Of a DNA stretch of 64,000 bases, positions 11,728 to 24,749 are shown in pieces. Made by a program: the position numbers and the translations under genes. Numbering within the stretch: position 1 is the first letter of the stretch; every line of letters starts with the position of its first letter. The notes under the pieces are model-generated. The model was not told the origin of the DNA. It saw only the letters and a program-made list of their open reading frames with translations, and ran no database searches. This DNA comes from an uncultured Methanosarcinaceae archaeon (GTDB lineage: Archaea; Halobacteriota; Methanosarcinia; Methanosarcinales; Methanosarcinaceae): positions 32,001 through 96,000 of the forward strand of contig CAWHXP010000003.1 in the NCBI GenBank assembly GCA_963833425.1. Direction: 5' to 3'.

Positions 11728-12465
11728 GATTTTAACACCTTCGAAAGGAAATAATTCCATTCTTATTCAATCCGGACAATAAATATTCCAGGACTTACGC
11801 AGTTGAGCTATAGATAAATAACATTAAGCCTTGAGCAGATAACATTAAGCCTTTGGCTATCTAAAATGTGAATTTAATTTACGATATTTCTTTTACTGAT
11901 TTGTGGCCAAGTGCGTAAGCCTATATTGATCTATACTTGTAACTGTTCAGCCTATCTGAATTAGTAATTGATACCGATTTTAGTGGAAATAAGTGCAAAT
12001 ATCAGTCAATAGAAGAAAAAAACAAACCAAAACCATCAATTTAAGAAAACCGATTAACGTGAATTTGCTTATTAAATTTTATTGGAGATAACAAATTTCT
12101 TTGTTTTACCCAGGCTGAAAAGTTGTCTATTTCTTGTCAACATCCTGTACTAATTTAGTTTCACTTTTCTTTCATCAATTCCTCCATTGCCTTCGAATGA
12201 CTATACCATGGTCCAATTCTATTCTGTTTCACCCCTATTTAAATTTGGCGAAAATTTATCAGTATTATTCATTATATTATTTAATTTATCATCATAAGCT
12301 TATTTTACGGCATGTAGTAAACTTAAGCTCTGCAATTAATCATAAAATGTAGCAAAAGGCATATTACCATCCGTAACCTTTAATAGTTGCAAATCCTTCT
12401 CATAGAAATCACTATCGGTGCCAATCTCTTTTAAATAGAATGCTAAACCAGAGAGGAGTGCTAAT

Positions 12466-13035
12466 ATGCTAAAGATCAACCCAAAAACATTTTGGAACAG
12501 CACACAGTGCATGCCGAAAGTATCAGCAACCGCTTATGTGGACGACTCAGCTGTACTGATAGGGGATGTAAGGATAGGGGAAAAGGTATATGTCGCACCT
12601 GTGGTCTCACTCAGAGCAGATGAGGCACACCCTATCATCATAGGCGACGAATGCAATATCCAGGATGGCGTAGTGTTTCACGGCCTTGAAGGTAGCTCTA
12701 TTGTGCTGGGAAAGCGAGTCTCAATAGCCCATGGCGCAGTAGTCCACGGCCCCATGAATATAGGTAATGATAGCTTTGTAGGTTTTAACGCAGTAGTGCA
12801 TGCATCTACCCTTGGTGAAAAATGCTTTATCGCTCATGGAGCCGTAGTTATTGGCGTCAAGCTTGCTGATGCCAAGTTTGTACCACCTGCTACTTTAGTA
12901 GATACGCAGGATAAGGCCGATGCACTTGGACAAATTCCAGATAACCTCAAACACTTTAATGAAGAAGTAGTCGAGGTAAACAAAGAGTTTGCTACAAGCT
13001 ACGGTTTAAAATCTAGGACATCCAGTGACCACTAA
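12466..13035 (+). CDS. Gamma-class carbonic anhydrase (Cam-like, no signal peptide)
   Basis: SLRADE, NIQDGVVFH, SIAHGAVVHGP metal and catalytic residues; hexapeptide repeats; GAGG SD. Confidence 0.9.
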   Translation: MLKINPKTFWNSTQCMPKVSATAYVDDSAVLIGDVRIGEKVYVAPVVSLRADEAHPIIIGDECNIQDGVVFHGLEGSSIVLGKRVSIAHGAVVHGPMNIGNDSFVGFNAVVHASTLGEKCFIAHGAVVIGVKLADAKFVPPATLVDTQDKADALGQIPDNLKHFNEEVVEVNKEFATSYGLKSRTSSDH

Positions 13036-13042
13036 ATTACTT

Positions 13043-13060
13043 GCCTCCTTCTTAGGAGGC
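13043..13060 (+). terminator. Hairpin downstream of the carbonic anhydrase gene
   Basis: GCCTCCT-TCTT-AGGAGGC perfect 7-bp stem 8 nt after the stop. Confidence 0.5.
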
Positions 13061-13540
13061 TAAAAGAAATAAAAACTAAATAACAGGTTTTTTATTTTGC
13101 CTACTGGACAGTATTAAGGATGATTTGTAGGTGCTTTCAGGAGGATAATGCCACAATGATACCAAATAGGGACAGTGCAGTTCTATATGGAAGGTTTTGG
13201 CACATTCACTCAAAATGCACTTTTTAGAGCCTTCGATAAATCCGGATAAAATTCATGGGAAATTAGCAAGCGTAAAGGAGATCAATATCCATTAAAGAGC
13301 CGCGATAACTCCGCCTATCATTACTTTTTCCGAATTCGATTTGTAAGAAATATGATTTATTCCTTAACATGGAATAAAAAGAATCTTAAAGGTTACTCGC
13401 AAAATAGGTAATTTCGAAGACGACTATAATTAATGGCAGTAAATAATATTTTTAATATAATATAAATATATAATATTAAAATTTCAAAATGCTTCTAAAA
13501 GCTTTACAATAAGTATTTATGAATAGGTGAAGAATTTTTG

Positions 13541-15088
13541 ATGATTAAGGCAAGAAGACCTCTTATGCTCATTATCCTCGATGGCTGGGGATACAGAGAA
13601 GATGAAGAAGGAAATGATATTCTGGCAGCTTTGACTCCAAATCTTGATATTCTGATGCAGGACTATCCCTGGTGTTTTTTAGAAGCTTCCGGAGAGGCTG
13701 TCGGCCTTCCAAAAGGTCAGATGGGAAACTCTGAAGTTGGGCATCTGAATATAGGGGCGGGAAGGATAGTGTACCAGGACCTTACCAGAATAAACCTCTC
13801 TATTAAAAATGGAGATTTTTTCAAAAATTTTGCTTTTCTGAATGCGATTTCAAATGTAAAGGCCAACGACTCAAGCCTTCACCTCATGGGACTGGTCTCC
13901 TACGGAGGTGTGCACAGTTATATGACACACATTTTTGCACTTATAAAACTTGCAAATGAAAATAAGCTAAATAAAGTTTATATACACGTTTTTTTGGATG
14001 GAAGAGATGTACCTCCTAAGTCCGCTCTGGGCGATATAAAGGAACTAAATATATTTTGTAAACATAATGGAGGTGCAAAAATAGCAACTGTCTCAGGGCG
14101 CTATTATGCGATGGACAGAGACAAGCGCTGGGATAGAACAAAAATTGCCTTTGATGCTCTGACAAATGGCGTTGCCCCTTATAAAGCTTCTAATGCAGAG
14201 ATTGCAATTTCAGAAGCCTATTTGAGGGGAGAGACTGATGAGTTTGTAAAACCAACTACAATCATTGATTCAGAAGGCAAGCCTGAAGCAATAATAAAAG
14301 ATAATGATTCAGTGATCTTCTTCAATTTTAGGCCAGATAGGGCGCGGCAACTTACCTGGGCTTTTGTAAAAGACAACTTTGAAGACTTTGTGAGAGAAAA
14401 ATGTCCGAAGGTTTACTATGTCTGTATGGCGCAGTATGATGAAAACCTGGATTTACCTATTGCCTTTCTTCCAGATAAGCCGAAAAATGTGCTTGGAGAA
14501 GTCATTAGTAAGAATGGACTAATTCAGCTCCGAATTGCTGAGACCGAGAAATATGCCCACGTAACTTTTTTCCTTAACGGAGGGCAGGAAAAATGCTATG
14601 AAGGAGAAGATCGTTGTCTTATTCCTTCTCCGAAGATCGCTACTTATGACCTAAAACCTGAAATGAGTGCTTATGAAGTTACAGATAAAGTTATCAGGGA
14701 AATTCAATCCAGAAAGTATGATGTTATTATCCTCAACTTCGCAAACATGGATATGATTGGGCATACCGGAATATGTGGAGCTGCAGAAAAGGCAATAGAA
14801 GCCGTGGATAGTTGTGTAGGCAGGATTGTAACGACTCTTTTAGAAAGGGGAGGCAGCGCACTTATAACAGCAGATCATGGAAATGTCGAACAGATGATAG
14901 ACACGGAAACAGGAGAACCACATACTGCACATACTTCAAATCCGGTAAGATGCATTTACGTAGGAAACGACAAGATAAAAGCTCTTAAGAATGGAAAACT
15001 ATGTGATCTCGCCCCTACTCTTCTGGAACTCCTCAACGTTGCGAAACCGCAGGATATGACAGGAACATCACTTATCTTGAGAGATTGA
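13541..15088 (+). CDS. gpmI: 2,3-bisphosphoglycerate-independent phosphoglycerate mutase
   Basis: [43 protein letters not shown]. Confidence 0.96.
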   Translation: MIKARRPLMLIILDGWGYREDEEGNDILAALTPNLDILMQDYPWCFLEASGEAVGLPKGQMGNSEVGHLNIGAGRIVYQDLTRINLSIKNGDFFKNFAFLNAISNVKANDSSLHLMGLVSYGGVHSYMTHIFALIKLANENKLNKVYIHVFLDGRDVPPKSALGDIKELNIFCKHNGGAKIATVSGRYYAMDRDKRWDRTKIAFDALTNGVAPYKASNAEIAISEAYLRGETDEFVKPTTIIDSEGKPEAIIKDNDSVIFFNFRPDRARQLTWAFVKDNFEDFVREKCPKVYYVCMAQYDENLDLPIAFLPDKPKNVLGEVISKNGLIQLRIAETEKYAHVTFFLNGGQEKCYEGEDRCLIPSPKIATYDLKPEMSAYEVTDKVIREIQSRKYDVIILNFANMDMIGHTGICGAAEKAIEAVDSCVGRIVTTLLERGGSALITADHGNVEQMIDTETGEPHTAHTSNPVRCIYVGNDKIKALKNGKLCDLAPTLLELLNVAKPQDMTGTSLILRD

Positions 15089-16179
15089 TTCAGTATAGAG
15101 AAAAATAACCTGGAGCTTCAAGCATCGTAATTTTTCTTTTTAATTTTTATTTCAATATTACTTTTATCTGTTTTTTTAGTTTTATAGCTTTGTAATAAAG
15201 TTTACAGTTTATGAGGAATTTTTGGACATAAAATATCCGAAACTACTTTAACATAGTGAAATTAACTTATTTTGGAGATTTTCAATTCGTTTCCACTCAA
15301 AGCTATACTTTCTGCTAATTTTTACCTAACCACTTTGTTTTTCTATTTAGATCTAAATCAGACTTCCATCATTTTCTTTTTTTTCTTTTTTCTGGTTTTC
15401 TCCAACTTTGAAAACATAATGGAATTTCATCCAAATTTATCTAATCACTTTCTTATTTTTGAATAATTGGTATACTTAACTATTCGTTAAATGCTTCACC
15501 ATCTAGTTCGGATATCAGTAAAATTCTACCCATTTTTCATAAATTTTGCAGGAAATTAATTTTGAATAAATTATTTCCTTTCACAGTTTTCGTCTCAAGT
15601 TAGTTAAATAGAGGATAAAAATTTTTCAGTTTAAATTGCCCTGATATACATACGATCATGCTGTTTTAGGATATGATAAGAATAGAATAAACACTATTCA
15701 CCAATTTATCTGTTGAATTGTGTTTACCAAGTTATACCATGCTAATGTCTTTTTATACTCAGTGGATTTGATATTACTTGGAGTGAGTATTAACATCCAG
15801 TATTCAAAAATAAAGACAAAACACCTGTTTTTGACGATACCACTGATTTGTAAGTATTGCGGTTTCAGTAAGAATATTCTATCGACCATTATCCGTATAC
15901 ATATTTAAATTTTTTTGCGGTTTTAGGTTAATAACCACCAACCGAAAAAGAGTAAATTTCTAGGCCCCTTTTGTCTTTTCGATTTTTCAGCATTTTATGC
16001 GTAATGCAAAATTAAGATGGAAATTTTAACGTAAGTTTCTAGGTATTAGAAGAATCGGTTTAGTAACTCTAATTGTTAAAAGAAAGATTTTGCGAATTTT
16101 TCTTCGTGAGGTAAGCTTGTTTCATTGAGTTGAGTTGTTCCGATAGTATACCAATTTAGGGGTAAATTTTGCAACGGAA

Positions 16180-16420
16180 GAATCATAACAAGGATCAAAA
16201 GTGAGGAAGGAAATTCTAAAAGATTGTTCAGGCAGTAACAAGAAAGAAAAATAGCGAAGTTAAGATCATTTAGTTAACCGAAAGAAAAAATCAATTGGGT
16301 ATGAAAAAGGAATTATTGCTTTAGCAAGGAAAATTACCACAATTATATTGCATCAGATTGCGAATGAAAAGATATACGAAATTGAAAATCAGCATAAAGA
16401 GAGAAAATCCAAACGAGAGT
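16180..16420 (+). mobile_element. IS110-family transposase C-terminal relic
   Basis: Broken frames give KLRSF.NRKKKSIGYEKGIIALARKITTIIL; abuts an isolated IS6 TIR at 16167-16179. Confidence 0.6.
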
Positions 16421-16839
16421 AATTGTTATGACTGTGTTCTTTTAGGTCGATAAACGTATAAAATAAATCATAAAATGATTGTAATTATGGGAAAAGAGAA
16501 CAAGGACTGTATCTGATGACGGTAAATAGTGAGCAAATATCAAACAAATTAGATATCTGTATACATTTGCAGAATATAAAATTTATTAACCATCTTTTTT
16601 CTCAGTAATTTATTTTTTCTCAAGTTTATTTTACGGATTTAATTAATATAATATCAAGGTGAATAAGTACCCTCAGTTTTAAATTTGCTCTTAAGCCTCA
16701 AGACTCCTTTTCAGGCTTTGAAGTCGGTTTTTAGGTTAGAGAAATTAGCCAAAAGTCTGAATTCATATGAATTAATTGGAACAAAGTTATTGTTAAAAAA
16801 AGTAAAAGGTCGGGAGAACCAAGTGGAAGGAGTTTATTT

Positions 16840-18360
16840 ATGCAATTGAAGCTGGAACATATTAATATCAAAATAGGACAGCACAAAGTGTTGTTGAATA
16901 TTGCCGACGCAAAGGAACTGGGGGTTAATCCAGGGGATAGAATCCGCATCCGTGGACACGAAAGCCTTTCTGCCATTGTGGACACAACTGATGACATGGT
17001 TCCTCCTGGTGTTCTGGGAGCTTTTGTCGAAATTTACAGGCATTTCAAGGACTGGGATAAGCCAGTCGAAGTTGTACCAGCATTCCGCTCAAAATCTGCA
17101 ACCGTGATTAAAAAAATTATGGATAAAAAACCTATTATTCAAGAAGAATTTAAGATGCTAGTAAATGATATCGTGGAGGAAAACCTCAGTGATATCGAAC
17201 TTTCGGCTTTTATAACGTCTACTTATATCCATGGAATGACTGATGACGAGGTAGAATGGCTGACAAGAGCTATGATAGATAGCGGAGATCAGATCGAATT
17301 TGATACACATCCTATCATGGACAAGCATTCCATAGGTGGAGTACCAGGAAACAAAATTTCCCTTCTTGTTGTCCCTATAGTTGCTGCAAATGGACTTTTG
17401 ATCCCAAAGACAAGTTCCAGGGCAATCACAGGGGCAGGTGGAACTGCAGACCTTATGGAAGTACTCTGCCCTGTTGAGTTTACCTCTATGGAAGTCAAGG
17501 AGATAACTGAGAAAGTGGGAGGAACTCTGGTATGGGGAGGAGCCACTAATATCGCTCCTGCAGATGATAAGCTAATCAGAGTCGAATACCCCCTATCAAT
17601 TGATCCTTACTACCAGATGCTTGCATCAATTATGGCAAAAAAGGGAGCTATAGGAGCTGACAGCGTGGTAATCGACATTCCTATAGGAGCTGGAACAAAA
17701 GTTCCAACAATTCAGGAGGGACAAAAATTGGCAAGAGACCTGATTAATCTCGGGCATAGGCTTGAAATGAATGTAGAGTGTGCCATTACCTACGGATCCT
17801 CTCCAATAGGAAGAAAGGTGGGCCCGGCGCTGGAGGTAAGGGAAGCCCTTAAAGTGCTGGAAAGCATGGAAGGCCCAAATAGCCTTATTGAAAAGAGTGC
17901 TGGTATTGCGGGTATTCTGTTAGAAATGGGTGGTGCGGCTCCAAGGGACCATGGTAAAGAACTTGCACTAGAAACGCTCAGGAACGGAAAAGCTCTTGAG
18001 AAGATGAAACAGATCATTGAAGCACAGGGCGGAGACCCTAATATCACATCCGATGCTATTCGGGTTGGACAATATACCGCCGATCTTTTTGCTTCTACTG
18101 ACGGATACGTTATAGAATTTGACAATAAATGGATAATTGAAGTTGCCAGGCTTGCAGGTGCCCCTAACGACAAGGGAGCTGGGGTTTCTATCCACAAGAA
18201 AATGGGTGAGTCAGTCAAGAAAGGAGACTCGATTCTGACTATCTATGCTGAAAAGCAGTTAAAGCTCGAAGCTGCATTGACAACAGCTCAGAGAACGAAT
18301 CCAATAATAGTAGAAGGTATGCTTTTGAGGAGAATCCCTGGAAATTTTGGATTCCAATAA
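16840..18360 (+). CDS. deoA: AMP phosphorylase (thymidine phosphorylase family)
   Basis: DKHSIGGVPGNK, IPKTSSRAITGAGGTAD; N-terminal double-psi barrel; 506 aa. Confidence 0.93.
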   Translation: MQLKLEHINIKIGQHKVLLNIADAKELGVNPGDRIRIRGHESLSAIVDTTDDMVPPGVLGAFVEIYRHFKDWDKPVEVVPAFRSKSATVIKKIMDKKPIIQEEFKMLVNDIVEENLSDIELSAFITSTYIHGMTDDEVEWLTRAMIDSGDQIEFDTHPIMDKHSIGGVPGNKISLLVVPIVAANGLLIPKTSSRAITGAGGTADLMEVLCPVEFTSMEVKEITEKVGGTLVWGGATNIAPADDKLIRVEYPLSIDPYYQMLASIMAKKGAIGADSVVIDIPIGAGTKVPTIQEGQKLARDLINLGHRLEMNVECAITYGSSPIGRKVGPALEVREALKVLESMEGPNSLIEKSAGIAGILLEMGGAAPRDHGKELALETLRNGKALEKMKQIIEAQGGDPNITSDAIRVGQYTADLFASTDGYVIEFDNKWIIEVARLAGAPNDKGAGVSIHKKMGESVKKGDSILTIYAEKQLKLEAALTTAQRTNPIIVEGMLLRRIPGNFGFQ

Positions 18361-18426
18361 TTTTCTCTTTTATTCTTCATTTTTTCAGTGAAATCCTTTA
18401 ATACCTGTTCTGGCTTTAGCACGAGC

Positions 18427-18950
18427 ATGAAAAAAGTTATTTTGTTGCGATTGGGGCATCGCCCCGGAAGGGATAAAAGGATCACTACCCATGTTGGCTT
18501 GACAGCTAGGTTGCTTGGTGCATGTGGGATGCTTCTTGCTGCAGATGACCCAGTGGTAGTAAGGAGTCTTGAGGCCGTTGTCAAGCGTTGGGGGGGAACT
18601 TTTTCATTAAAAATAAAGTCAATTTTAATCAGGAAATCAAGGAATGGAAAGCTAGCGGTGGAAAAATTTGTCACCTTTCGATGTATGGAGTCAATCTACC
18701 CAATATCATCGATGAACTTAAAAAATGTGATAAGCTTATGATTGTTGTAGGAGCAGAGAAGGTCCCTCCGGAAATATACTACCTCGCTGACTGGAATATT
18801 GCGGTGGGAAATCAGCCGCATTCTGAAGTTGCGGCTCTTGCAATTACAATGGATAGAATCGCTGATGTTGAGATGCTGGAGAAAAAATTTCCCGGTGCTG
18901 AACTGACAATTATCCCCACAAAAAGAGGGAAACAGATTATTGAAAATTAA
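18427..18950 (+). pseudogene. trm56: tRNA (cytidine-56-2'-O)-methyltransferase split by a 1-nt deletion in a G run (true frameshift or sequencing error)
   Basis: [21 protein letters not shown] in one frame, HLSMYG / GAEKVP / GNQPHSEVAALA in another; junction at G7 run 18590-18596. Confidence 0.85.
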
Positions 18951-19379
18951 GGAATTGATATAATTCCTTTGTGCATTTTTATCTTTGTGCATTTGCTATT
19001 ATTATAGATCTAACCTGCTAGCAGATGCAAAAATGCTAACTATTCAAGTAGCTTTGTGAATGTGCATACGACACAAATAGAATATCATGAGATTCCTTAA
19101 AGATTCGAGAGTTCCATCTGAAAATAAACCGGTAAAAAGGAAACTCAGAATGATGAAATTACAGCAAAAATAGAATGAACATTCAAAACCAAATAAAGGA
19201 GGGCAGCTTTTTGTAGCATTAAATTCCACAGCACTACGATCCGAAGGAACCGTTTGTAGGTTATAAAAGGTATTTTCTCGGTATTTAAGGAGAGAAATCG
19301 ACTATACCTGAATAGTTACAATAAATATTTTATTCTGCAGAACAACTGATTATATAATTGAAACTTATGGAGATTTCTA

Positions 19380-19650
19380 AAATACGTAGATTCACTGATA
19401 CTCGATTTCATTCAGAGTGATTTCTTCATTCCTAATTGCTTTTGTACTTACAACATAGTAAAGATAGTTTTTCATCCTTCTTTGGTCTTCCTCTCTGCTT
19501 TTTTTCGCGTTCCTATATTATGAAATTCTTCACTGTTCCCATTGATTCTCTAAAAACTGAACATAGTTATTTATGGAGTAATAGAAGTTTTCAAGAGTAT
19601 AGCTGCGCATTTATATCCCTTACCACCAGGTTCACTAATCTAGTCTCACA
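19380..19650 (-). mobile_element. IS1634-like transposase relic
   Basis: Degraded frame with EKKQRGRPKKDEKL motif. Confidence 0.4.
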
Positions 19651-20249
19651 GTTTCTATAATTTACCATGTTTCTCTTAACCCCTCAGAAATTTATTTGAG
19701 AGATTTCCATAGTATATAGTATGTCTATATTTTTTTGTGTCAGCTTTCAGAACAAAAGCAAAAGTTATGATGCACCCATGAAAATGGCAGTAAAAAACAT
19801 CTTCTAGGAATTAGTGATATACTAATAACAAGAGGATAAACTCAAAAATAGGCCCAGATAAACTGTTTGTGTAACTAAAAAAATTCAAAGCAGAACAAAT
19901 TTTTGTTACTACTGTTCAAAAAATGAATCTAAAAATTTTGTTCACAGCTTTTGCTTATACTCAATGTCAGTTGAGACATTGATAATAAAAAAATTATTTC
20001 TAGGATAGCGGAATCTATCTTTAAAATCAAAGAATACTGAGCCAGAAAAAAAATCTGATCAGATACAGAATTAGCTAGAAAGATTTGGATAGTATTCCCG
20101 CGAAGAAATACATTAGGAGTAAATTTTAATTCTGTTTGACCTAAAAGAAAGCTCCTACGTAATATATTACCTAATAATATATTCAAGGTTCCACACTTTG
20201 GGCATTCAGTCAATAATATAACAAGTAAATAAACTTGTCAGATACCTGC

Positions 20250-20338
20250 GGAAGGTTATCTCATTCTCTGATTTTCACGAGTCATTTATTCATCATTTAC
20301 ATGCGTATGACAAAATTTAGGGGTTTCTTAAAATCTTC
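20250..20338. repeat. ~85-bp MITE-like repeat, copy 2, at the breakpoint of the N-ATPase operon
   Basis: CTCTGATTTTCACGAGTCATTT...TATGACAAAATTTAGGGG matches 63674-63760 and the reverse complement of 7820-7903. Confidence 0.6.
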
Positions 20339-21832
<1,494 letters not shown>

Positions 21833-22485
21833 CTATGATATAGGAAAGTACTTGTGAAAATAGAATGGATATAATAAAAATTCATGCGTCCTCAGTTAAT
21901 TGAGGAATCGCATAAATTGCTCTATTCCAACAAGGTCGTCCAAAATATTAGTTGGTTAGATATGGGAAAAAGGTATAGATTTTAGCTTTGGTGCTAAAAG
22001 TATGATTATTTCTTGTTTCAAAATAGACAGCAACAACCAAGAGTAGTGCCACAAAATCCACAATTAGTAGAAAATACTATAGGGGAAAAAGAACGATTGT
22101 TCAACTCTCAAGCAATAACTTCATCAAAAAATAATCTAGCCTTTAGATATCTGTTTTACTGTACGAATTATTTATTGCTATGTTTACCTGTCTCCCATGA
22201 ATAAACATATTATTTAATGTATATATGATTACCGATCCACATTGTTTAATATATCATAATTACGATGGACAGCTATACTCAGGTGTTTACAGCGGAGTAC
22301 GCCATAGAAAATTAAATTTTGATGCTCACATTATTTATGGTATATTGTCCCTCCAAATGACGACTTTACAGAACTACATAAACAAAATTATAGAAATGCG
22401 TAAACAAAAAATGTAGAAATAACTCGGATTGAATTAAGAATTTCTACAAAGCTTCTCTTCAAGAGACTTTTTAGAATCATCCAGA

Positions 22486-22520
22486 ATCACTAAAATTTAT
22501 CACTAAAATTTATCACTAAA
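22486..22520. repeat. 13-bp tandem repeat ATCACTAAAATTT x ~2.7
   Basis: Directly visible. Confidence 0.8.
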
Positions 22521-22778
22521 TCCATTAGTAATTGGCTACAATCAATCATAATTATCAGCAAGAATAAAAAGTCTAAACTTTTATTTATTCAAGATACTTC
22601 ACTAACTGTTAAAATCATCCCTAAAGGGACTAAATACCAACTTTACAGGTAATTGGGTTGAATTTAAAAATTGTCTCATTTTTAAAGGATTTAGCCGACA
22701 TGTCAATTGCAAAGGTTGAAATTCAGAATTAACACATATCTAATTATCACAGATAAAATAATCCAGAGATGAAAGTCT

Positions 22779-23237
22779 ATGCCCGGTGGAAAAGTGCTCT
22801 TCATAATGGGATGTCCCGAGATCCCAATTCAAACTAGCATTGCCCTGTATCTTTCCCATAAACTGACCAATTTAGGATTCACTGTAACAGTCGCCGGTAC
22901 GGATGCCGTAACCAAGCTCTTGAAGGTCTCTGATTCCGATGGCTATTATGTAAAAAAATTGGTGAATCTAGATAAAACCCTAGAGGATATTGTTGAGAAA
23001 AGAATAGATTTCGACATATGCTTCGCTTTTATGCATAATGATGCTGGAATAACATACGCTTCCACCATAAGTGCTATTTCTCAAGCTAAGATATACTCCA
23101 TAGTTTTCGGCAGGAACGCCGACGCTCTGTCCGAAACAATTGAATACAATTGTGAAAAAATAGTCGCTAATGATGTTCATAGTCCCTCTCGTCTCAAAAA
23201 TAAGCTAGATAAGGTGATGGAGGATATAGTCAAATGA
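22779..23237 (+). CDS. DUF1890 family methanogen protein
   Basis: MGCPEIPIQT, LLKVSDSDGYY, FMHNDAG; overlaps the next gene. Confidence 0.85.
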   Translation: MPGGKVLFIMGCPEIPIQTSIALYLSHKLTNLGFTVTVAGTDAVTKLLKVSDSDGYYVKKLVNLDKTLEDIVEKRIDFDICFAFMHNDAGITYASTISAISQAKIYSIVFGRNADALSETIEYNCEKIVANDVHSPSRLKNKLDKVMEDIVK

Positions 23238-23608
23238 GCTGCATCGAACAGATGAAATACGAGATTCTTATGGAAAAAAAGACTTTTAAGGAGTCCAGAG
23301 AATTCATTGAGAAAAACTCTGACGAGGTTTACTATGTACCTCCTGGCTACAAGATTTTCAATAACTACTACATAATAGGAATACCACCAATTGCTTTAGG
23401 GATTAAGGGCAATGCTCTGATCTTCACCTATACGAAACCCTGCTATGGGACTTTTGTCCTTTCTATAGATAGTGAGGATAGCAGAAAGGAAATTTATAGA
23501 CTTAGAGAGATGGGGAAAGAGAAAGTACATACCCCATTTAAGAATGACAGCTCTCTTGAAAGCTCCAAGAAGCCACAAACCAGCTTTCAAGATATCTGGA
23601 AAAAGTGA
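23234..23608 (+). CDS. DUF1894 family protein
   Basis: MSCIEQM, IGIPPI, YTKPCYGTFV; ATGA coupling with DUF1890. Confidence 0.85.
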   Translation: MSCIEQMKYEILMEKKTFKESREFIEKNSDEVYYVPPGYKIFNNYYIIGIPPIALGIKGNALIFTYTKPCYGTFVLSIDSEDSRKEIYRLREMGKEKVHTPFKNDSSLESSKKPQTSFQDIWKK

Positions 23609-23728
23609 AATTCAGGTGTCTGGTCACAATCAAAATCTCAGAAGAGAGTTACAACATAGTATAACACTATATTGATCCTCACTTTCTTCCAAGTTGATTT
23701 TCTAAATTGAGTTTTACATTCTTTGACA

Positions 23729-24727
23729 CTATAATACCATGTCTTTTATCCTGATCCCGCTTTCTACGATTTCTCCGACTATCTTTCCACCGGTAATGTC
23801 TGCAGCTTTTGCTGCATCTTCTTCCGGCAGGATGATAAGAAAGCCCATACCCATATTGAAAGTTTTGTACATTTCAAGATCTTCTACTCTCCCTTCTTCT
23901 TGTAGGAATTTGAAAATTTCCGGAGGTTCAATGGGATCATAAAAATCAAAGCCCAGTTTTGTTACTCTCCTCAGCTTTAAAAGTCCGCTACCAGTTATGT
24001 GGGCAAGCCCGTGAACTCCACATACCTTAAGTACATCCAGAATCTCGATATAAATTCTTGTTGGGGTCAGGAGCTCGTCTCCTATGGTCTTTGAGCTGTT
24101 ATAAGGACAAGAATCATAATAAGAATATCCCGCTTCTTCAATGATCTTCCTTACAAGGGTGTAACCATTGCTGTGAACGCCAGTGCTCGGAATACCAACA
24201 ACCACATCACCCATCCTGACTTTTCCTCCTTCAATAATCTTATCCTTTTTGACAATTCCAAGGCATGAACCTGCGAGATCAAAGCCTTTTATTATATCAG
24301 GCATTGTAGCGGTTTCTCCACCTACAATAGACATTCTTGAGATTTCAGCTCCTTTCAGAAGTCCTTCTCCTATCTGTGCGGCAAATCCTTCGTCATGCTT
24401 TTCCAGGGCAAGGTAGTCCAAGAAGGCTACCGGTTCAGCTCCTATGGCAAGTAGATCATTAACATTCATCGCGATACAGTCTATTCCTACAGAATTCCAT
24501 CTCTGCATTTCGTTTGCGATAAGTACTTTTGAGCCCACTCCATCCATTGTCAAGGCAATGGCATATTCCCCGAAGTCCAGAAGCCCCGCATAGTGACCTA
24601 TCCCTATGATGGGAGCTCCAATGCCTTTTCGAACGTAGCTGAGTTTTTCGATGATGTTTTTGATTGTTTTTTCTTCTTTTACAATATCTACGCCTGAATC
24701 AGCGTATGTCAAATGCTTCTCGCTCAT
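23729..24727 (-). CDS. purM: Phosphoribosylformylglycinamidine cyclo-ligase
   Basis: TYADSGVD, DGVGSK, VGGETA, GVHSNGYT, AHITGSG, TFNMGMG. Confidence 0.96.
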   Translation of the reverse strand: MSEKHLTYADSGVDIVKEEKTIKNIIEKLSYVRKGIGAPIIGIGHYAGLLDFGEYAIALTMDGVGSKVLIANEMQRWNSVGIDCIAMNVNDLLAIGAEPVAFLDYLALEKHDEGFAAQIGEGLLKGAEISRMSIVGGETATMPDIIKGFDLAGSCLGIVKKDKIIEGGKVRMGDVVVGIPSTGVHSNGYTLVRKIIEEAGYSYYDSCPYNSSKTIGDELLTPTRIYIEILDVLKVCGVHGLAHITGSGLLKLRRVTKLGFDFYDPIEPPEIFKFLQEEGRVEDLEMYKTFNMGMGFLIILPEEDAAKAADITGGKIVGEIVESGIRIKDMVL

Positions 24728-24749
24728 TCTCTGCCCCTTCATGCTTTTT

